Part shown: piece by piece, positions 59,390 to 64,000 of the stretch
Position numbering within the stretch: the first letter of the stretch is position 1
Layout: each line of letters opens with the position of its first letter
Origin: a virus
Length of the DNA: 64,000 nt
Virus record (IMG/VR): IMGVR_UViG_3300032006_000003
Coordinates: 18,757-82,756 of that record
Direction: 5' to 3' (one strand)
The notes under the pieces: model-generated
Told to the model about the DNA's origin: nothing
Database searches by the model: none
What the model saw: the letters and a program-made list of their open reading frames with translations, nothing else
Program-made: the position numbers and the translations under genes

Positions 59390-60838
59390 CTATTTAAATC
59401 TCTTAACTGTTTTCCGTCTTTGTAATTTTGGAGAGGCTGCTCCCTTCGCCGATAAATATCGTTGAGAAGGATGTGGAGCCTCATGAGGTCGAGCCGTTCC
59501 ACTATCCGCAACTCCTCTAAATCTACGTCCCTCTTGCTGCCTACGAATTGGTCCTCTTCCATGACCTCCAACACGTCTTTCATGAACACCTGTACCATGT
59601 CCTCTAATACGCTTACCTCCCTGTACTTCTGATACGCTATGCCCATGATTTTCAGGACGTACCCATTTATGTTTAACTGCGTCCCAAACTAACCCCTGTC
59701 GTGGTGGCACAGGAGCATGGTCCTTCAATAAGTCTACCATGATATCCATTGCTTTAGCAATAGCCCCACCTTTAGCAGGAGTCTTTTGATGATAATCATC
59801 AGTTTTTTCAGACCAGAAATTTTGAATCTTCATAAATTCAGGGAAGTCATCAACTGATTTTTTAGTTCTCATAGCCCGTCGCATTGATCGTTCATGTCGT
59901 CGTCTATCTGCGGCTGAACGTTTTTCTTCTCGTCTTCGTTCCTCCATCTCCTCTCGACGTGCTTGACGACGTAAAGCTTCAGCCCATTCTGATTCTTGAG
60001 CAGCAGTCCTCTCTCCTCTTGGAGAACCTCCTCCTGATCGAACCGTATCATCACTTAATGCCCAGCCTGCCGCCGCAGCTAATAATCTAGCTAAATCGGG
60101 TCCCATCTTTGTTAAATCCATAGTTTTCTCCATTCCTTCATATGGTTTATACGCCCTTTTAGGAGCATCTTGTTGTCCATACTCCCAATATCGTTTTACA
60201 TTTTCTCCTGACATGTTAGGCTTATCCCACGGATAACCCCCACTTCCAAGATTACCTCCCTCTCCTTGCCATGCTCCCATTGCCTCTTGCATAAATTGTT
60301 GGAATCGTCTATCATCTTCAGAGGGTTCTTCTCCATAACGTTCTTTATATTGTTCTATTAAGTCAGGAGGTGCATTTAATTTAGCTTTTTCTAAGTCCAT
60401 GCCCTTTGGGGCAAAATCTGCAAATGGGTTTGGCCTTCTCGATGGAGCCTCCGTTTTCGGGGTTTCTGGTTCAGGCCCCCAAGGTAATTCATCAGATTCG
60501 TCTGAAGACTGGACACCACTCATTAATTTTTCAGCTTCTCGTACTAATTCGGCATAACCTTGTCCTGAGAAACCTTCTCGCTCAGTAATACCCGGAATTA
60601 TATCGGAAACTAATCTATCTCGTAATTGACCTCCCAAATTGCCTGATGAAAATATACCCTCAAACCACGGAGGAGCATCACCCGTACCTCTAGGAAACCA
60701 TTTCGCATTTTCTTTATGACGATCTCCTTTCCAACTAGGGTTGACTTGTATTAAAGCTGCGGTTGCCCAAGCATATGGATCATCTTTAGACGGTTTACCA
60801 TATGGTTGCCGCCCCTTTTCAATTTTTGTTGCTTCCAT
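59390..60838 (-). CDS. Charged low-complexity protein; putative internal head protein
   Basis: 482 aa; IEKG, LEKA, MEKT, LTKM and LLKD motifs; PPRQGLVWDAVKHKW; Arg-rich C-terminus. Confidence 0.6.
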   Translation of the reverse strand: MEATKIEKGRQPYGKPSKDDPYAWATAALIQVNPSWKGDRHKENAKWFPRGTGDAPPWFEGIFSSGNLGGQLRDRLVSDIIPGITEREGFSGQGYAELVREAEKLMSGVQSSDESDELPWGPEPETPKTEAPSRRPNPFADFAPKGMDLEKAKLNAPPDLIEQYKERYGEEPSEDDRRFQQFMQEAMGAWQGEGGNLGSGGYPWDKPNMSGENVKRYWEYGQQDAPKRAYKPYEGMEKTMDLTKMGPDLARLLAAAAGWALSDDTVRSGGGSPRGERTAAQESEWAEALRRQARREEMEERRREEKRSAADRRRHERSMRRAMRTKKSVDDFPEFMKIQNFWSEKTDDYHQKTPAKGGAIAKAMDIMVDLLKDHAPVPPRQGLVWDAVKHKWVRPENHGHSVSEVQGGKRIRGHGTGVHERRVGGHGRGPIRRQQEGRRFRGVADSGTARPHEAPHPSQRYLSAKGAASPKLQRRKTVKRFK

Positions 60839-60859
60839 AGATCACCTCAATATATTATA

Positions 60860-63800
60860 CTATAAGCCAGCAAATCTCCCTTGTTCAGGTTCTACCGTTT
60901 CTGGTTCAGGAGTATCCATTTCCTCTACGTTAGAAGGTTGAACCGTTGTTTGAGGTGTTTGACCTGTGAGTGGACCACCATATTGCTGATAAAAGGCTTC
61001 TACTGAACTAGTTGGTTGTTCAATTGGTTCTGGCTCTTTTGGAGGCTTAGAAGCATCTGCAATGCCTTGATTAGCAATTTGAGCATGTATACGATCTACA
61101 TTTTTCGGGTCTTCTAAACTCGTCATAACAATTTGATATCTAGGGTCGTCAGGTGATAATATATTATTTAAATGTTCTGTAACTTGTTGTCGTTTATCTT
61201 GTTGTGCTTGTGGATTAACAACGGAAGATATTAATTCTTTATGTGACTCTAAGAATTTTTGCTCATCAAAACGTCGTTGTGCATATTGATTCATACCCTC
61301 TATAAATATGTCTGTTTTACTACGAGGAATTAATCCTCCAAAATTTAAATTGAATAGTCCAAGAGGGGTATTTAAAAAGTCTCGTGTAATCCTTTTCAAA
61401 GAACGCATTACAGAGGCTCTTTCCATTACATTTGGAGCAACCTCTCCCGGAGTCCATTTACGAGATTCAAGCATCTGTAAAAATCTTGCTGCTGCCCCTT
61501 CTGCTGCCCCTATCGGGTCCGCATCGAAACCCTTAGAAGATTCTTCAGGAACAGGATTTCGTTGTATAATTGGATTATTTCCTAAGTTCTCTAGAGGGGC
61601 TGCGGAATATTGTCCTTTCTCATTTATATTTAATGGAATAATTGGATTAATAGATTGATCATCTAAATAATATCCCTGTGCATTATTATCCATATCCAAT
61701 CCTAATTGGTGTGCCATTATTGACGGCTTTATTTCATCCGGGTATAATGGAAGTTGCATATCAGGAGTTGTTGAATTATCAGGAATATGATGGATTTCAC
61801 CTTTATCCGTAATCATAATTGACGGGCTTTGTTCTAAGGGGCTACCTTCCAAAGGAATGATTGGACTAATAGTCTGATCTCCTACTTGGGTAGCTAAGAT
61901 ACCCGGATTACGATATAAGACCGCATTATTTGGAGAATCCTCTATATGCCTTTGATGTTCCTCTAAAAAGCGTGGATGTACCATTGCGTGTAGTTCAGGA
62001 CTATATATACCTTCTATAGTTTCCCCTGTTTCAGGATCGGTAAAGGTAGGCATTTCATCAGGCATAGGTCTATTTAAGGCTTCTTGACGTTCAGTTTTAG
62101 TTAAGCCTGCCCTATCTAATTGTTCCTGTGTAAAAGTTTTATTTTCTAAGAACCGAAGTTCCGTCAGTTTTAATTTATCTTGGATTTCTTGTAATCGTTT
62201 TTCACCCCCTTCTATAGCTTCATATTGTTCTCGAAGACTTTCCGCTTCCTTGGCATAAAGTTTATTTATATGATATTCATTGAAGGCTTCTTGTTGTTCT
62301 GGGGTTATACCCTGTATAATAGGAGGCATAATCTCATCCTCATACTCATCAGAGAATAATGTATTTAAATCTGTATTAGCAACAAAATCTTGGAACTCTT
62401 GATAGGTTTTACGTTTTTCTTCTAATGCTTTTTCGTTCTTCTCAACGTAATCCTCTAATTCATCTAAGCCACTATCGGGCTGATCTGAATGTAACAGTTG
62501 TAATTCAGCAATTAACTGTTGACCATTAAAATTAGGGTGTTGTTGAACAGCCCCCATTAATTGAGCATGTATTTGCCGTATCTGATCTTTCTCATCAAAA
62601 ATAAGCTTCTTATTAATATCAGTCGCTTGTAGATATTTAGCATTAAATAACACTAACTGTCTAGCATACTGCATAGTATCATCTACTGTTGCGTTTGGAG
62701 CCAACGGAGACTGTAAAGTCCCTATCATTTGCTGGGCTTGTAAACGTAAACCACTTACTGTTGCCGCATCTTCTTTCTCTTTATAATCTTGTTCATATTG
62801 TTTATAATCTTTATCTAACTCTTGAACAGTTTTATTCTGTAAAAATTCCGTAGTTAATTCCGCAGCATTCCTATTGGCTCGTTGATAAGCCTCTTGAACT
62901 TTAGTAATTAAAGTATCCTTATCTTCAAATTGTGAAGCATCAACTACATCTTTATGGAGATTTTTAAATTCCTTATCCTCCATCCTCTCTAGAAATGCAT
63001 AGTAACCTCGTGGAGTACTATTATCATCCAGTTCTCTTATATTCCAAGACGAATATTCCCAATCATTTCCGAAGCGTTGCTTCATAATATCTTCCATCTG
63101 CTGTTCTCGTAGGGTTAATCCTCTACGACGGAAATAAGAAGCGGTCGCAGGATCACGATTTGCATCTACCCCAGCTTGAATCTTAGAGTTGAAATCTTCG
63201 ATAGATAAGGTTTCTGTTGGAATATTTCTATTACTTTGAATACGCATCTCTTCTAAATTAGGGAATAATGCGATAAAAGATTCTGCATATTCAGGACTTA
63301 GTACATCACCGGGAGTTCCATCAGATTTAGCAAATGCCCATTGCAATGAACCCTGCTCTCCAATTAAGGTTAACATTGGGCGACCATTTTGATCTCGAAG
63401 CACATAAGTAGCTTCCTGCCCTTCTATTGCTTCGTCCGTTGCTTCTTCTGCTGCTTCTGCTAACGCCTGCTGTCTGACTTTCGCCCATTGGCCTCCTGTC
63501 TCGACGACTTCTTGGGCCTTTGGTTCGTCTGTAACTATCTCAGAGTCTAAAGCGTTAAACTCTAATTTTGGTCCTCGCCAATTTGATTCAATATCATTTA
63601 ACATTTCAATAGCAAGTTCTGGTTGAATAACCCCTTCAAATCGAGGATCGTCTAAAGGAATGCCCGCCCTATTTAATATTTCTGATACTTCGGAATCTAC
63701 TGGTTGAGCATCGTTTTCCGCCTGCCAAGCTACTATATCCTCATCAGACATAGCCCTTACTTTTTCTATAGCCTCTGTTCGATCTTGTCCTGCGGTTTCC

Positions 63801-63973
63801 ATAGCGGCTAATATTTCCAGTTGTGCTGGATTTAACCCTTCTAACGCTGGATCAATCTGATCGAATGGGTCCTGTTTATCAGTTCCAGCTGGACTACCTA
63901 TCTGAATACCTCCCGCTGTTTGGACATACTTGACTTTATCATCATCTGAAAGCTTATTATAAACATCTCTCAC
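60860..63973 (-). CDS. Large acidic hypothetical protein (start uncertain at window edge)
   Basis: 1037-aa ORF; Glu/Gln/Pro-rich. Confidence 0.6.
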   Translation of the reverse strand: MRDVYNKLSDDDKVKYVQTAGGIQIGSPAGTDKQDPFDQIDPALEGLNPAQLEILAAMETAGQDRTEAIEKVRAMSDEDIVAWQAENDAQPVDSEVSEILNRAGIPLDDPRFEGVIQPELAIEMLNDIESNWRGPKLEFNALDSEIVTDEPKAQEVVETGGQWAKVRQQALAEAAEEATDEAIEGQEATYVLRDQNGRPMLTLIGEQGSLQWAFAKSDGTPGDVLSPEYAESFIALFPNLEEMRIQSNRNIPTETLSIEDFNSKIQAGVDANRDPATASYFRRRGLTLREQQMEDIMKQRFGNDWEYSSWNIRELDDNSTPRGYYAFLERMEDKEFKNLHKDVVDASQFEDKDTLITKVQEAYQRANRNAAELTTEFLQNKTVQELDKDYKQYEQDYKEKEDAATVSGLRLQAQQMIGTLQSPLAPNATVDDTMQYARQLVLFNAKYLQATDINKKLIFDEKDQIRQIHAQLMGAVQQHPNFNGQQLIAELQLLHSDQPDSGLDELEDYVEKNEKALEEKRKTYQEFQDFVANTDLNTLFSDEYEDEIMPPIIQGITPEQQEAFNEYHINKLYAKEAESLREQYEAIEGGEKRLQEIQDKLKLTELRFLENKTFTQEQLDRAGLTKTERQEALNRPMPDEMPTFTDPETGETIEGIYSPELHAMVHPRFLEEHQRHIEDSPNNAVLYRNPGILATQVGDQTISPIIPLEGSPLEQSPSIMITDKGEIHHIPDNSTTPDMQLPLYPDEIKPSIMAHQLGLDMDNNAQGYYLDDQSINPIIPLNINEKGQYSAAPLENLGNNPIIQRNPVPEESSKGFDADPIGAAEGAAARFLQMLESRKWTPGEVAPNVMERASVMRSLKRITRDFLNTPLGLFNLNFGGLIPRSKTDIFIEGMNQYAQRRFDEQKFLESHKELISSVVNPQAQQDKRQQVTEHLNNILSPDDPRYQIVMTSLEDPKNVDRIHAQIANQGIADASKPPKEPEPIEQPTSSVEAFYQQYGGPLTGQTPQTTVQPSNVEEMDTPEPETVEPEQGRFAGL

Positions 63974-64000
63974 CCAATTTCGAGCCTGTGTTTTAGTTCA

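Noticed and set aside
1788-61658. Numerous plus-strand ORFs and nested minus-strand ORFs in the ORF track
   Set aside because: They overlap longer, motif-bearing minus-strand genes and show no recognisable motifs; treated as shadow ORFs
63974-64000. In-frame TGA nine codons upstream of the GTG start of the 1037-aa ORF (second recoding site?)
   Set aside because: At the window edge, with no upstream context, no redox motif and no clear hairpin; cannot be evaluated

Overview
This 64 kb window is part of a tailed dsDNA bacteriophage genome (siphovirus-like; no tail sheath gene seen). Essentially all credible genes lie on the minus strand and are tightly coupled. In transcription order (high to low coordinates) it holds: putative internal-head proteins; two giant tail-fibre-like proteins; neck, tail tube, tail chaperone with a -1 frameshift, tape measure and tail tip; a replication/recombination block (sigma factor, DnaB, DnaG, SSB, PolA, MazG-like, RecA, Vsr-like, Cas4-like, RuvC-like); terminases; a class II ribonucleotide reductase; portal, scaffold, HK97-type capsid and prohead protease; and more low-complexity putative head-cargo proteins. 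The most notable signals are missed by, or hidden inside, the ORF track. (1) An NrdH/glutaredoxin-like gene (17008..17238) has an in-frame TGA at the active site (U-G-P-C) followed by a SECIS-like hairpin, so it looks like a phage-encoded selenoprotein, about 2 kb downstream of the RNR. (2) A HiPIP-like 4-Cys domain is fused to the prohead protease. (3) A 56-aa, 13-Cys metallothionein-like gene sits at 690..860. (4) A recurring hydrophobic-x-K motif runs through head proteins and may mark maturation or cargo-loading sites. (5) A repeated AGTATAAT promoter-like motif precedes many genes. All functional calls come from motif recognition by eye; no database searches were run.
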